From: a virus
Length of the DNA: 59,558 nt
Virus record (IMG/VR): IMGVR_UViG_3300045988_091217
Location: 1 to 59,558 of that record
Strand: one strand, 5' to 3'
Shown here: in pieces, positions 1 through 10,197 of the stretch
How the letters are laid out: each line of letters opens with the position of its first letter
Position numbering within the stretch: position 1 is the stretch's first letter
Position numbers and translations under genes: made by a program
Notes under the pieces: generated by a model
Database searches by the model: none
What the model was told of the DNA's origin: nothing
What the model saw: only the letters and a program-made list of their open reading frames with translations

Positions 1-55
1 GTGCATTTGTTAGAATGTTAGGAAATTTCTTTATTTTCTTATATAATAAAAAAAA
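1..55. repeat. 55-bp terminal direct repeat (identical copy at 59504-59558); most likely circular-assembly overlap
   Basis: Read directly: bases 1-55 are identical to 59504-59558. Length 55 equals a common assembler k-mer size, so an overlap from a circular or permuted genome is more likely than a biological DTR. Confidence 0.85.
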
Positions 56-351
56 AGAAGAAAGGGGAAAAGGTATAACAACACTATAAGGAAATATAAT
101 ACACATTTGTATCGTCACATATAGCAACATTGGCGTTTTTTCCTTACTTCTTACAAAATCTACAAATTGTTGATTTTTATCATTGTTTTTGTTAGTTAGG
201 AAAATTTTTGGCCGTTAGAAAGTCAAAAAATGCCTTTACAAAATGACTTTTTTTTGCTTGATGAGAACGGTTATCATCTAAAAATGTTGATGACTTTATG
301 ATGAAACTATAAGTTCTGTCATGTATTTAAAACATGAAAAATGAAAACTCA

Positions 352-437
352 ATCTCAATTTTTGGAAAAATTCCATTTTGGAGATTCTTTCTAACACGAA
401 ATCTTTTGGAAATTTGGAAAATTTTGGATTGTCACGC
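352..437. repeat. cluster of at least 5 TTTGGA(A/G) motifs at about 10-20 bp spacing in an AT-rich noncoding region; candidate iterons/origin
   Basis: Seen: tttttggaaaaa, ttttggaga, ttttggaaatttggaaaattttgga. Lies just upstream of the primase-helicase gene. Confidence 0.35.
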
Positions 438-498
438 TCCGAAAATCGTGAGATTGGTCGTTAAGAGTTCTTTACATATGTAAATTGAAAAACCCAGC

Positions 499-528
499 TT
501 GACGATAAAGTCAGTTTTAACCTAGAAT
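499..528 (+). promoter_or_regulatory. candidate sigma70 promoter for the replication operon (TTGACG-18-TAGAAT)
   Basis: ttgacg ataaagtcagttttaacc tagaat, about 40 nt upstream of the ATG at 570. Confidence 0.35.
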
Positions 529-569
529 TGCATCAAACCCCTCTATTTGATAGGAAAGTGAAGGAAAAA

Positions 570-3179
570 ATGATTAAACGCTACTATAAAGACACCGCAC
601 TACCGCTTATGAAGCGCGGCTTTGAGGTCGTGCCGATTACTCAGGGTAAGAAATTCCCCGAAGGACTTGATTGGAAAAATTTACCGCAAACAGAAAAGTC
701 ATATAATGAGATGCTTAAAAAGTTCGGCGACAAGGCAGGACTTGGTGTTGTCACAAGCAACCATCTTTTGGCAATCGACATCGATGTTTTAGACCCTCAT
801 GCTGCACGCGAACTCATTCAATACGTCCGCGAAATGCTTTCAACCGACAAAATCATGGTTCGTCGCGGAAAGAAACCAAAAGCGTTGATTCCGTGTTATG
901 TACCTAATGCCATCGGTAAAATCGTTTCCTCTGTATGGTATTCTGAAAAGTATGGTCGTATGCAAATTGAGTTGTTGAACAACAGCAAGGATGGGCATCG
1001 CCAATTTGTTGCGTTTGGTGATTATCCAAACGAAGAGGGTTTGCATTACGAATGGGAGAATGATTACTCCCTGCTTGATATTGAGCGCGTTGAGGATTTA
1101 CCGACCTTCCGACCTGAAATGATTCAACCGTTGTTCCGATATTTTGATGACTTGATGTATCGGAATAAGTATGAGCGCATTGCTCTCACCAATTTGCATA
1201 ACGTCAAATTAGATGACGTTCACATTGAAGAGGATGAGGATTACGAACTCTATAATGACTCGAAGCAGGTGAAAATCTCGGACGAGCGCGTTGAGGAAAT
1301 TGTTAATTCCTTAACCGAGGGTTTCTACGACAGTTATGAAAAATGGGTAGCTATTGGTCAGGCAATTAAATTTCAAATTGATGATTCTGAAAAGGGATAT
1401 CAAATTTGGAAGGCATGGTCACGAAAAGCCACTGACCCATCTACGGGAGAACCCTATGACATCAAAGACTCAAGCCTTCGTGCGAAATGGAAGAGCTTCC
1501 GTAATGACCGTGTAAACGTGGTGACATTCGCAAGTGTTCTGTATGACTATTACTCATCTGCAAAGAATGAAAATTTCACGCAGACATTTGAGAATCTAAA
1601 GCGGATGTTCGAAGAATGCGATGATATTCGTAAATATGACGAATTGATTGTGGAGGCTTCGTATAACCGATTCACTACGGCGCAGCAGAACGCAATCGAA
1701 CACGTCATTGCCCGAACATACACCCGATTATATGGTGAGAAAATCAGTGCGAGCGCGGTTCGAAAAACACTTACTGAGGCCATTGAGCAGTTCGACACGC
1801 CCGACTATATGAAAAACTGGGTATATTTGCTCAATGGTGACAAATTCTACGATACGAAAGAAGGTCTGGCGGTTTCCCCAACATCGTTTGATACGCTGAT
1901 TTACCACTCCGTGTCGGATGCAATGAGTATGAAAATGCGTCCACAGGACTTGGCCTTACGAGCGTACAAAATACCTAAAGTAATTGACGCGGTGTATATG
2001 CCTACGATGGGCAACTTGTTCAAATTCAGTGAACGCTCTAAGTACCAATATATCAATGCTTATGACAGCAAGAATGTGCCTGAAGAGCCTTCTCGCTATT
2101 CTAAGGGTGATTTAGCAGCCATCGAATTGGTTGAAAAGCATTTTGAGCATATGATTGAAGACCCTCGTGAACGCGAAATCTTCCGTCAATGGGTTGCATA
2201 TCAGGTGCAATATACAGGTTATACTCTCGGTTGGGCTGTATTCCTCCATGGTGTCGGTGGTGACGGTAAATCGTTCTTCCATTACCTTATTTCGGCGATG
2301 ATTGGTAAGGAAAACGCGAAAATCGTATCGCAGGACGCGATGAAGTCTGGGTTTACGAAATGGGCGACCAATTTGAGCTTTGGTACAGTCGAAGAGGTAC
2401 ATTTGGCTGGTGTTAAAGGCGTTGAGATTTACGATAAATTGAAAACCATCATCGCCAGCCCGACTATCGCAATGATTGCGAAGGGCAAGGATGAAATCAA
2501 CGTACCTAATACGGCGAACTATCTGTTTTTGAGTAACCGACTGGCAGCGTTGCCGATTGATTCATCTGACCGTCGTATTTTTGCAATCTACTCGCGCTGG
2601 CAGGAGGCCAGTAAGATTGAGCAGTTCAAGAAGGAAAATCCAAAGTATTATCCTGACTTGCACAATACTTACAAAAACCACGCTGGTGCATTGCGCAAAT
2701 ACTTTCGAACCGAAGTTAAAGTTAGCGACGAGTTTTTGTCTTACTATGATGCACCGCGCACAGTTTCACGCCAGCGTTTGATTAGTGAAAATATGCCCGA
2801 ATCCATTCAGGAGTTGTTGGAGATTGTTGCCAAGAATGACGACCCCTTCTTGTGTGAAGAGTTTCTGGATGTGAAATACTTCCGCCAAATGAAACTTGCT
2901 GACAAAAACTTCAAGGACGCAAATATCCGTTGGCAGCAACACTTGATTCCACTGGGTTACGAGCTTGTCGCTAATGCTGTGCGTATTCCAGAGATTGATA
3001 AGTCGTATTTACATACGGTTTACTCGAAGAATCCGACCCGATTCAAAAACGCATCAATGAAGGTTTCTGCGGCGATACGTCAATACGTTACTGACGCATC
3101 CAATCCAGAACTTGCGTATGACAAGAAATTTGAGGATGCCGCTGAAGAAGTTGATGAGAAAGAATTGGAAGATTTATAA
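570..3179 (+). CDS. bifunctional primase-polymerase (prim-pol) / SF3 (D5-like) helicase
   Basis: N-terminal LLAIDIDVLDP prim-pol motif. Walker A GVGGDGKS in the C-terminal helicase part. ATG at 570 with an upstream GAAGGAAAAA RBS; the track ORF begins at a TTG at 528. Ends in acidic VDEKELEDL. Confidence 0.75.
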   Translation: MIKRYYKDTALPLMKRGFEVVPITQGKKFPEGLDWKNLPQTEKSYNEMLKKFGDKAGLGVVTSNHLLAIDIDVLDPHAARELIQYVREMLSTDKIMVRRGKKPKALIPCYVPNAIGKIVSSVWYSEKYGRMQIELLNNSKDGHRQFVAFGDYPNEEGLHYEWENDYSLLDIERVEDLPTFRPEMIQPLFRYFDDLMYRNKYERIALTNLHNVKLDDVHIEEDEDYELYNDSKQVKISDERVEEIVNSLTEGFYDSYEKWVAIGQAIKFQIDDSEKGYQIWKAWSRKATDPSTGEPYDIKDSSLRAKWKSFRNDRVNVVTFASVLYDYYSSAKNENFTQTFENLKRMFEECDDIRKYDELIVEASYNRFTTAQQNAIEHVIARTYTRLYGEKISASAVRKTLTEAIEQFDTPDYMKNWVYLLNGDKFYDTKEGLAVSPTSFDTLIYHSVSDAMSMKMRPQDLALRAYKIPKVIDAVYMPTMGNLFKFSERSKYQYINAYDSKNVPEEPSRYSKGDLAAIELVEKHFEHMIEDPREREIFRQWVAYQVQYTGYTLGWAVFLHGVGGDGKSFFHYLISAMIGKENAKIVSQDAMKSGFTKWATNLSFGTVEEVHLAGVKGVEIYDKLKTIIASPTIAMIAKGKDEINVPNTANYLFLSNRLAALPIDSSDRRIFAIYSRWQEASKIEQFKKENPKYYPDLHNTYKNHAGALRKYFRTEVKVSDEFLSYYDAPRTVSRQRLISENMPESIQELLEIVAKNDDPFLCEEFLDVKYFRQMKLADKNFKDANIRWQQHLIPLGYELVANAVRIPEIDKSYLHTVYSKNPTRFKNASMKVSAAIRQYVTDASNPELAYDKKFEDAAEEVDEKELEDL

Positions 3180-3188
3180 AAAAAAAGT

Positions 3189-3223
3189 GTTGCATATTGC
3201 TGTGAAACACGGTAATATGCAAC
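3189..3223. promoter_or_regulatory. perfect 10-bp inverted repeat (gttgcatatt ... aatatgcaac) containing TTGCAT-17-TAATAT; operator/promoter candidate
   Basis: Read directly from the sequence. Sits between the primase-helicase stop and the next gene. No T-run follows on the plus strand. Confidence 0.35.
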
Positions 3224-3272
3224 TTCCTAAACCAAACTTATTTTGTTAACCACCAACTAAAGGAAGTCTAAA

Positions 3273-3893
3273 ATGAAAGAAATTACTTTGACCCAACTCG
3301 CCGCCATCATGGTAAGTTTGACCGAAGCTCTCGACCGCAACACCAACGCACTCTTGTCTCAACAAGGTCAACCGATGCAGCAGGAAAAACCTGTACAAGA
3401 AGCGGTAAAAGAAGACGCTGAAGAAACCAAGGAAGCTCCTGTTGAAGCGGCTGAAGACAAGTCAGACGACAGCAATGACATCTCATTGGACGTTGTTCAA
3501 GCGGCCTTACTCGATGTGAAAGCTAAACACGGTGCTGACGCGGCTAAGGCAATTCTGAAAGAAGTTGCTGGTGTAGCCACTGTAAAACGCACCCCTGAAG
3601 ACAAATATCAAGCCGTCATTGACGCTTGCGCGGCCAAAATGGAAGAAGACGTGGTTGAGGAGAAAGAGGAAGAACCCGTTACTCCGAAACACAGCTTGGA
3701 TGACGTTAAGGCTGCTGCCAAAGAACTCGGCGCACTCGGTCGTACATGGTTGGAACGAGCCAAGCAAATCATCGCGGAAGTAGGCGGCGCAGCTAAAACA
3801 GCGGACGTTCCTGTTGAAAACTACGACAAGTTGTACGAAGCACTGGTATCCGCTAAAGAGGTTGCTGAAGCCGAAGTAGAAGCTGATTTGTAA
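3273..3893 (+). CDS. highly acidic protein with two internal ~50-aa repeats; function unknown
   Basis: AAGGAAG RBS. Many E/D/A/K residues. Repeats ISLDVVQAALLDVKAKHGADAAKAILKEVAG and HSLDDVKAAAKELGALGRTWLERAKQIIAEVGG. Ends in EAEVEADL. Confidence 0.6.
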   Translation: MKEITLTQLAAIMVSLTEALDRNTNALLSQQGQPMQQEKPVQEAVKEDAEETKEAPVEAAEDKSDDSNDISLDVVQAALLDVKAKHGADAAKAILKEVAGVATVKRTPEDKYQAVIDACAAKMEEDVVEEKEEEPVTPKHSLDDVKAAAKELGALGRTWLERAKQIIAEVGGAAKTADVPVENYDKLYEALVSAKEVAEAEVEADL

Positions 3894-3900
3894 AATTCGA

Positions 3901-3928
3901 AAAGAGCGGTTAATCCGCTCTTTTTTTT
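3901..3928 (+). terminator. rho-independent terminator
   Basis: aaaagagcgg ttaat ccgctctttttttt. Confidence 0.8.
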
Positions 3929-3942
3929 GTATGAGGTTTCGT

Positions 3943-5166
3943 ATGAAAGAAATTGAAATTAAACTCGACGGGCATTCTGTGTTCTCGCCGAGTTCGAGTG
4001 AAATGTGGCTGAATTGTTCAGGAAGCCTGCTGGCGAACTTAGCAATTCGAGCGAAAGAAGGCAGTGGTTCATCGGAGGCCGCCGCAGAAGGCACAGTTGC
4101 ACATGAGATGGCCGAAATCTGGCTACGCAGCGGTAAGCGCCCTATTGAGTATCTTGGCGATATACGAACAGTAGACGGCTTTGAGGTTGAGGTTACGGAG
4201 GAGATGCTGGACTATGTGGCCGAATACGTCAACTGGTGTAACGACCAAGAAGGTGATAAGTTCGTGGAGGTCAAGGTTGATTTCAGCCATTTAACCCCTA
4301 TTCCGAACCAAACTGGTACATCCGACCACGTTTGTTGCAGCGATGAGAAGTTGACCATCACCGACCTGAAATACGGCATGGGTGTCACGGTTGACGCTGA
4401 AAACAACACGCAGTTGCAGATATACGCGCTTGGTGTGCTACACGACTTCGGCTTCCTGTATGACTTCAAGACTGTTGAGATGCGCATTTGTCAGCCACGC
4501 CTGAATCATTTCTCGACGTGGGAAATTACTGTCGATGAACTGCTCAAGTTTGGAGAATACGTCAAGGAACGCGCGAAAGCTGCGCTTGAACCGAACGCCG
4601 AACGCGTCGTCACCGAGAAAGGCTGTCGCTGGTGTCGCGTGAAAGCTCAATGTCCTGAGCAAGCACGGTACATCGAAGAGCTAATCGGTGACAAATTTGA
4701 CGCAGAAGAACCTGTTTCAGAGCGAATTCAAAACGACACTTATCTGGCAAAATTGCCTGAAATTGACGAGTTGAGCATGGAAGATGTCGAAAAGATTTAC
4801 AGTAAAATCAAAACAGTCACATCTTTCTTCAATGAAATTGAGAAAAAACTGCTTGACTTCGCCCTGAAAGGCGGTAAAATGCACTCATACAAGTTAGTCA
4901 GCGGTAGGAAACAACGGAAGTGGGTTGACGAAACTCGCACTCTTAATTTTATCCAGCAAGATACGGTATTTGATTTGGATGAGTTCCAGCCAAGACAACT
5001 TGTTACTGTGGCGCAAGCCGAGAAACTCTGCAAACGTCACAAAATCGACTTCGAGCCGCTCCGCGCTCTGGTAGATGAATTAAGTGGAAGACCCACCATC
5101 GCGCCAGTCGAGGACAAGCGACCTGCTTTGAAAATTGTCGATATGGATTCGAAGTTCGAAGACTAA
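3943..5166 (+). CDS. Cas4/RecB-like PD-(D/E)xK nuclease with Fe-S cysteine cluster (DUF2800-like)
   Basis: ITDLKYG (D-x-K), QLQIYALG (QxxxY), an N-terminal Cys (WLNCSG) plus a C-terminal CRWCRVKAQC. The start is placed at the second ATG (3943), which has a GAGG RBS. Confidence 0.65.
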   Translation: MKEIEIKLDGHSVFSPSSSEMWLNCSGSLLANLAIRAKEGSGSSEAAAEGTVAHEMAEIWLRSGKRPIEYLGDIRTVDGFEVEVTEEMLDYVAEYVNWCNDQEGDKFVEVKVDFSHLTPIPNQTGTSDHVCCSDEKLTITDLKYGMGVTVDAENNTQLQIYALGVLHDFGFLYDFKTVEMRICQPRLNHFSTWEITVDELLKFGEYVKERAKAALEPNAERVVTEKGCRWCRVKAQCPEQARYIEELIGDKFDAEEPVSERIQNDTYLAKLPEIDELSMEDVEKIYSKIKTVTSFFNEIEKKLLDFALKGGKMHSYKLVSGRKQRKWVDETRTLNFIQQDTVFDLDEFQPRQLVTVAQAEKLCKRHKIDFEPLRALVDELSGRPTIAPVEDKRPALKIVDMDSKFED

Positions 5167-5317
5167 AGAGATGTGAGCGTCACTCTTTCAAATCAAACGC
5201 TTGACAGGTCATTAACCAGTCGTCAGTGGCCTGTCTTGAACAATGGATGTGGTCTGGTATCGTTTTCAAGCTCCTTCGATAACAGCGTCGCTTTGGCGAG
5301 CGGCCATCCGCCCTATT

Positions 5318-5394
5318 CAGAGTGTAATATCAGTTGGTAGATGGCCTGCCTTGGAAGCAGGAGGTCGTAGGTTCGAGTCCTACCACTCTGACCA
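5318..5394 (+). tRNA. tRNA-Pro (anticodon UGG), CCA encoded
   Basis: Cloverleaf drawn by hand. Acceptor cagagtg/cactctg with a C1-G72 pair and A73, typical of bacterial tRNA-Pro. D-loop agttggta. Anticodon stem cctgc/gcagg with loop cTTGGaa. T-arm gtagg ttcgagt cctac. Ends acca. Confidence 0.85.
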
Positions 5395-5464
5395 GTTATT
5401 TGCTACCGTGTGGGCGGCAAACCAAAGAAAGCCCATGTAATTTTTAATATGTTAGGAAATAAAA

Positions 5465-6078
5465 TGTCAAATATTGAGCGTAAAGTTGGTTGTTTGGTTG
5501 AGTACAAAGACGGTACAGTGATGCTGAAAAACGTGCCTACATGGTATGCACGAATTGACCATCCCCGTGCTTTTGAAGAAGGTGACAAGAAGAAATACAG
5601 TCTGACCGCCTTCTTGAACAAAGAAGAACACGCCAAAGAAATCAAAATTCTCGAAGACCTTATCCGTCAACACATGGCGAAGGACGAAGACTGGGAAGAC
5701 GTTGCAGTTAAAAACCGTTGCTTGTTAGACGGTAGCCGCGTTAAAAACCTCCCCGAAGACAGTGATATTCCAGACCACTATCGCATTCGTTTCTCCACCA
5801 ATGAACAATTTCCGCCAGCCGTGCGTAACAGCGCTGGCACTAAGCTGAACCGCCGCGTCCCTGAAGACATGGAAGAAATCGAAGAACTGAATCGCAATGG
5901 TCGTCACATGACAATTCTGTTCGACTTCTACGGTTGGAAAAGTCCGAAATTCGGTGCTGGTATGACTCTGAATCTGCAAGCAGTTCAGGTTCACAACAAG
6001 CAAACCGATTTGAAACTCGGCTCAAGCGGTGTTAACGAGGGTGACGACGCTGATTGGGATACCGAAGAAGAGTTGTAA
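5465..6078 (+). CDS. putative ssDNA-binding protein (DUF2815-like) with acidic C-terminal tail
   Basis: AGGAAATAAAATG start. Position between the nuclease and the polymerase, as in DUF2800/DUF2815 phage replication modules. Ends DADWDTEEEL. Confidence 0.45.
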
Positions 6079-6092
6079 ATCAACACCCATCA

Positions 6093-6125
6093 CCCAGCAG
6101 GTTAATTCCTGCTGGGTATTTTATT
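6093..6125 (+). terminator. rho-independent terminator
   Basis: cccagcagg ttaattc cctgctggg tattttatt. Confidence 0.75.
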
Positions 6126-6192
6126 ATCTATTGGTACTGACACACTTCCTCGATGGCTGCTGTTGTCTAACCAATCACAAAAGGAAATCATC

Positions 6193-8259
6193 ATGTTTGA
6201 CTATCGTTCAAACGTCGTAATCATGGATATTGAATGTTATCCTAACTACTTCTTGGTCGCATTCCGCGACACTTTAAACCCAGAAAAAACCAAGCATTTT
6301 GAGATGCGCAACGATTCCAATAAGCTCGATACAGCAGGTATTAAGCAATGGTTGCGTTCATCAACAGTAATTACCTTCAACGGTAATCATTATGACATGC
6401 CTCTGCTCATGTATGCGCTGGAAGGCGTTACTAATGCCGAGCTTAAAGAAGCGTCCGATTTGTTAATTGGCGCGGATTATATCGATGAGTTTGGCAAGAA
6501 GCAGAAACGCGAAGCCTTGCGCTCTTGGGAATTTATGCGCCTGTATGAGCTTGAATATCCGTCATACATGCAGCATATTGATATTTTCGAAATCCCGACT
6601 GGCACACTTAGCCTGAAAGCATACGCTGCGCGAATCGGTTGTCAGAAGCTCCAAGACCTCCCGATTGATGCTGATAAGACCCTATCTCTTATCGAGATGG
6701 ACGACATTGCAAAATACTGTGATAACGATACGGCCAACACTCTGCGCTTGTATGAGACTGTAAAGGCTCAAGTGGATTTGCGCATTGAGATTTCGAAGCA
6801 ATATAAAATCGACGTTCGCTCTAAGTCAGATGCGCAAGTTGGTGAGGCCATCTTCAAGCACGTTATCGAAAAAGACCGTGGTCGCAAAATCTACAAGCCT
6901 GAGCCGAGTTCAATTAAACGTCGCTTCAAGTACGACATTCCCGAATACATTTATTTTGAGCATCCGACGCTGCAAGACCTGCATGACTTGTTGAAGCATA
7001 CAGTGTTTGAAATCGAGCCATCTGGTCATGTTAAAATGCCGCGCGAACTCGCCTCCATGAAGATTCAGATTGGCAAAGGTCTCTACACAATGGGTATCGG
7101 CGGCCTACACTCAAACGAGAGCGGTCAAGCCATTATCGCCGCCGAAGATGAGATTATTTGTGACGCAGACGTAACATCATATTACCCATCCATCATTATT
7201 AACGGCGGCTACTATCCTGAAAACTGCGGTCTCCCATTCTTGCGAAACTATACGCGATTCCGCGATGACCGTGCGAAGTGGAAGAAACTGCCAGAGAAAC
7301 AGACCATTTGTAACACATACAAGATTGTTCTGAACGGCTCGTTCGGTAAACTGTCATCAATTTACAGCTTCCTGTACAGCCCGAAAATGATGATTCAGGT
7401 GACTATTACAGGTCAGTTGTGTCTGTTGATGCTCATCGAGCGTATCGAGAAAGCTGGGTTACGCATCGTATCGGCCAATACCGATGGTATCGTGATTTAC
7501 GGCAAGAAGGATGATTTCTGGAAAGCCGAGCGCGAGATTCACTTGTGGGAAATCGAGACTGGCTTCAACATGGAATTCACGCAATACTTGGCAATTTACA
7601 GCCAGTCTGTGAACAGCTATCTCGCGCTGAAAGCCCCAGCAAAAGGCGAAACAAAACTCAAATGGAAACGCAAAGGCGATTACGCGGAACGCGGTCTGAG
7701 CCAGTCTGGTAACGGCCAAGTCTGTATCGAGGCTGTCATGGCCTACCTTGAGCGCGGCGTTCCTATCCGTGAGACTATTGAGGGTTGTACGGATTTCCTG
7801 AAATTCACAAACTTCCAACAGGTAAAAGGCGGTGCATACAAAGACGGTCAGTATCTCGGTAAGGTTGTGCGTTGGTACTACTCAACGAAGACAGACACAA
7901 CCATCGTGAATTCGAAGGGTAATAACGTTCCGTTGACGAAGGGCGCGATGCCAGCCATGGATTTGCCTGATGAATTCCCGTCAGACATTGACTACGACTG
8001 GTATGTACGCGAAGCCTACTCCATGCTTGACCGTCTCGGCGTGCGTGGTGTGCCGAAAGAAGCGCAAGCGTTCGGTCTTGTCAAAGGCGGCGGTATCAAG
8101 TGGGGTCGTCGTGACGGCCAGCAGACATGGCATCGTATCGACCTGTCAACTAAAGACGCGTTGTGCGAAGCACGTCTTAAAGACCGCCATGACGAATGGA
8201 TTTATGCGGATGAGTTGCCAGCAGATAGTCGGGTCTGCGGTAAATGTAAGCGCAAATGA
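6193..8259 (+). CDS. DNA polymerase with N-terminal 3'-5' exonuclease; family-B-like motifs
   Basis: Exo I IMDIECYP, Exo II NGNHYDMPL, Exo III YCDNDTANT. Motif A DVTSYYPSII, motif B KIVLNGSFGK, motif C SANTDGIV. Start at the ATG at 6193 with an AAGGAAAT RBS. Confidence 0.75.
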   Translation: MFDYRSNVVIMDIECYPNYFLVAFRDTLNPEKTKHFEMRNDSNKLDTAGIKQWLRSSTVITFNGNHYDMPLLMYALEGVTNAELKEASDLLIGADYIDEFGKKQKREALRSWEFMRLYELEYPSYMQHIDIFEIPTGTLSLKAYAARIGCQKLQDLPIDADKTLSLIEMDDIAKYCDNDTANTLRLYETVKAQVDLRIEISKQYKIDVRSKSDAQVGEAIFKHVIEKDRGRKIYKPEPSSIKRRFKYDIPEYIYFEHPTLQDLHDLLKHTVFEIEPSGHVKMPRELASMKIQIGKGLYTMGIGGLHSNESGQAIIAAEDEIICDADVTSYYPSIIINGGYYPENCGLPFLRNYTRFRDDRAKWKKLPEKQTICNTYKIVLNGSFGKLSSIYSFLYSPKMMIQVTITGQLCLLMLIERIEKAGLRIVSANTDGIVIYGKKDDFWKAEREIHLWEIETGFNMEFTQYLAIYSQSVNSYLALKAPAKGETKLKWKRKGDYAERGLSQSGNGQVCIEAVMAYLERGVPIRETIEGCTDFLKFTNFQQVKGGAYKDGQYLGKVVRWYYSTKTDTTIVNSKGNNVPLTKGAMPAMDLPDEFPSDIDYDWYVREAYSMLDRLGVRGVPKEAQAFGLVKGGGIKWGRRDGQQTWHRIDLSTKDALCEARLKDRHDEWIYADELPADSRVCGKCKRK

Positions 8260-8534
8260 AATCACTGAGCCAACGCGAAAGCCGCATTGAGAAAACCAGC
8301 CGCCTGCTTGCTGAAAAGCGCGGTTGGTTTCAGGTCAAAATTGAACGCAGCAGTGTAAATGGTTTCCCCGACCGACTGTTTATTAAAAACGGGAACACCA
8401 TTTACGTTGAGTTCAAGAATGACGCTGGTAAATTGCGCCCCGAACAGGAACGAGTAATTGACACTATGCGCAAACACGGCGCAAGCGTTTACGTCATTTC
8501 GACACTGGAGGAAGCTGATGTCATATTTAGATAA
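8256..8534 (+). CDS. VRR-NUC domain nuclease
   Basis: About 90 aa, with GFPDRLFI ... YVEFKN (PD...E.K). Confidence 0.7.
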   Translation: MKSLSQRESRIEKTSRLLAEKRGWFQVKIERSSVNGFPDRLFIKNGNTIYVEFKNDAGKLRPEQERVIDTMRKHGASVYVISTLEEADVIFR

Positions 8535-10197
8535 ATTGAAATCACGTTTTGACAACGTTGAGTTGGGTGAGCATCACTTGGATGAATACCAACTCACCGC
8601 CATCGAGTTCTTGAAGACTCATCCAAGAAGCGCGTTGTTCATCGACACTGGTCTAGGCAAAACGGCAATATGCCTCAAATTGATACGAGACCTTATTGAC
8701 GACGATAAAATCAACAAAGTGCTGATTATTGCCCCTCTGAAAGTAGCTAACCAGACATGGGGTGATGAAATATCAAAATGGCATTTTTCCGCTCCGCTTT
8801 CGCATAAACTGGTGCGAGCCGAACACATTATCGAGGCGGTAAACGCATACGCGCGTAATGAGAAAACACGTCCGTTTAACGAATCTGACCTGAAGAAAAT
8901 AAGCCGAAAGGTAAATACTAGGGTTAATAAGTTTTTGAAAAATAACCCTGACGTATCAGAGTCCGACAAAAATACCCTGATTGCCAAAACACAACTCGCC
9001 GTTGAGAAAGAATATCGCAAATGGTTGACCGAGAAAGCTCGCGTTGAGGCCGCTGGTATTCAGATTCGAAAATACGAGCGCGAATGTCCTACGGTGATAC
9101 ACATCATAAATCACGAGATGGTTGAATGGCTTGTAAACGCGTGGGGTGCTAATGATTGGATTTATGATTGCGTCATTTATGATGAGAGTGACGGTATCAA
9201 GGATGCGACGACGAAGCGTTGGAAGGCACTTGATTCAATCAGGCATAAAACAACCCACTTTTACGAACTCACTGCGACACCAGCGGCTGAAAACCATCTC
9301 GGTCTGTTTGCCCAGATAAAATTGCTCGATGGGGGTAAGCGTTTAGGCCGTACCATGACTGAGTACAAAGAGCGATATTTCAACGTCAATCCTTACAATT
9401 ACAAAATCACTTTGAAAGAAGGCGCAGCGGATGCGATTGCTGATGCTATCGCCGACATCACGCTTGTGATGAAACAGGAAGACTATCTGAAGGATATTCC
9501 GCCTTATGTGGTGGAAGACGTTCTGTATGAGTTGCCTGAGAAACAAAGGGAATTGTATAATGCTATGAGCAAGACGGGTATGATTGAAGTTGATGGCCGT
9601 GAAATCATCGCCGAACAAGCAGGTTCGGTATTGCAGAAGATGATGCAAATCTGTGCAGGTTTTGTATACGAGGGTACTGAAAGCATTAGCGACTTTGGTG
9701 CTGTTGTTAAAGACAGACAAATACATTACCTACATACGGCTAAAATTGAGGCTCTGCGTGAGTTGATGAAGCGTCATCCAGACGAAAACTTCCTGATTTC
9801 ATACTACCATCAAGGCAGTCTTGCATTATTGCAAAAACACTTCCCCGAAGCCGTTAAGATGGATAGGCAAGGCACGCAAAAGGCCGCATGGAATCGTCGT
9901 GAGATTAAGATGCTGCTTATGCACCCGAAATCTGGCGCACATGGCCTGAACCTGCAAAAAGGCGGTCATATCGTAATCAACTTTGACGTATATTTCTCTT
10001 ACGGCCAGTATTACCAGTTCTTGCGTCGCCTTGCTCGACGTGGGCAGGAGAATGACAAAGTGCTTGTCTACAATCTATTGGCTGAAAGAACCTATGACGT
10101 GGTTGTTAAGAAGGCTTGTTGGGAAGGTAAACAAAACACACAAAACGTATTTTTTGAACTGATACAGAAATGCAAAAAGGCTTTAAAGCATGGCTAA
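8518..10197 (+). CDS. SNF2/DEAD-like superfamily-2 helicase
   Basis: Walker A DTGLGKTAI and DEAH-like YDESDG. Start at the ATG at 8518 with a GGAGGAAG RBS, overlapping the VRR-NUC 3' end. Confidence 0.75.
   Translation: MSYLDKLKSRFDNVELGEHHLDEYQLTAIEFLKTHPRSALFIDTGLGKTAICLKLIRDLIDDDKINKVLIIAPLKVANQTWGDEISKWHFSAPLSHKLVRAEHIIEAVNAYARNEKTRPFNESDLKKISRKVNTRVNKFLKNNPDVSESDKNTLIAKTQLAVEKEYRKWLTEKARVEAAGIQIRKYERECPTVIHIINHEMVEWLVNAWGANDWIYDCVIYDESDGIKDATTKRWKALDSIRHKTTHFYELTATPAAENHLGLFAQIKLLDGGKRLGRTMTEYKERYFNVNPYNYKITLKEGAADAIADAIADITLVMKQEDYLKDIPPYVVEDVLYELPEKQRELYNAMSKTGMIEVDGREIIAEQAGSVLQKMMQICAGFVYEGTESISDFGAVVKDRQIHYLHTAKIEALRELMKRHPDENFLISYYHQGSLALLQKHFPEAVKMDRQGTQKAAWNRREIKMLLMHPKSGAHGLNLQKGGHIVINFDVYFSYGQYYQFLRRLARRGQENDKVLVYNLLAERTYDVVVKKACWEGKQNTQNVFFELIQKCKKALKHG

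Noticed and set aside
5243-5440. 65-aa plus-strand ORF
   Set aside because: Coincides with the tRNA-Pro gene and its flanks.
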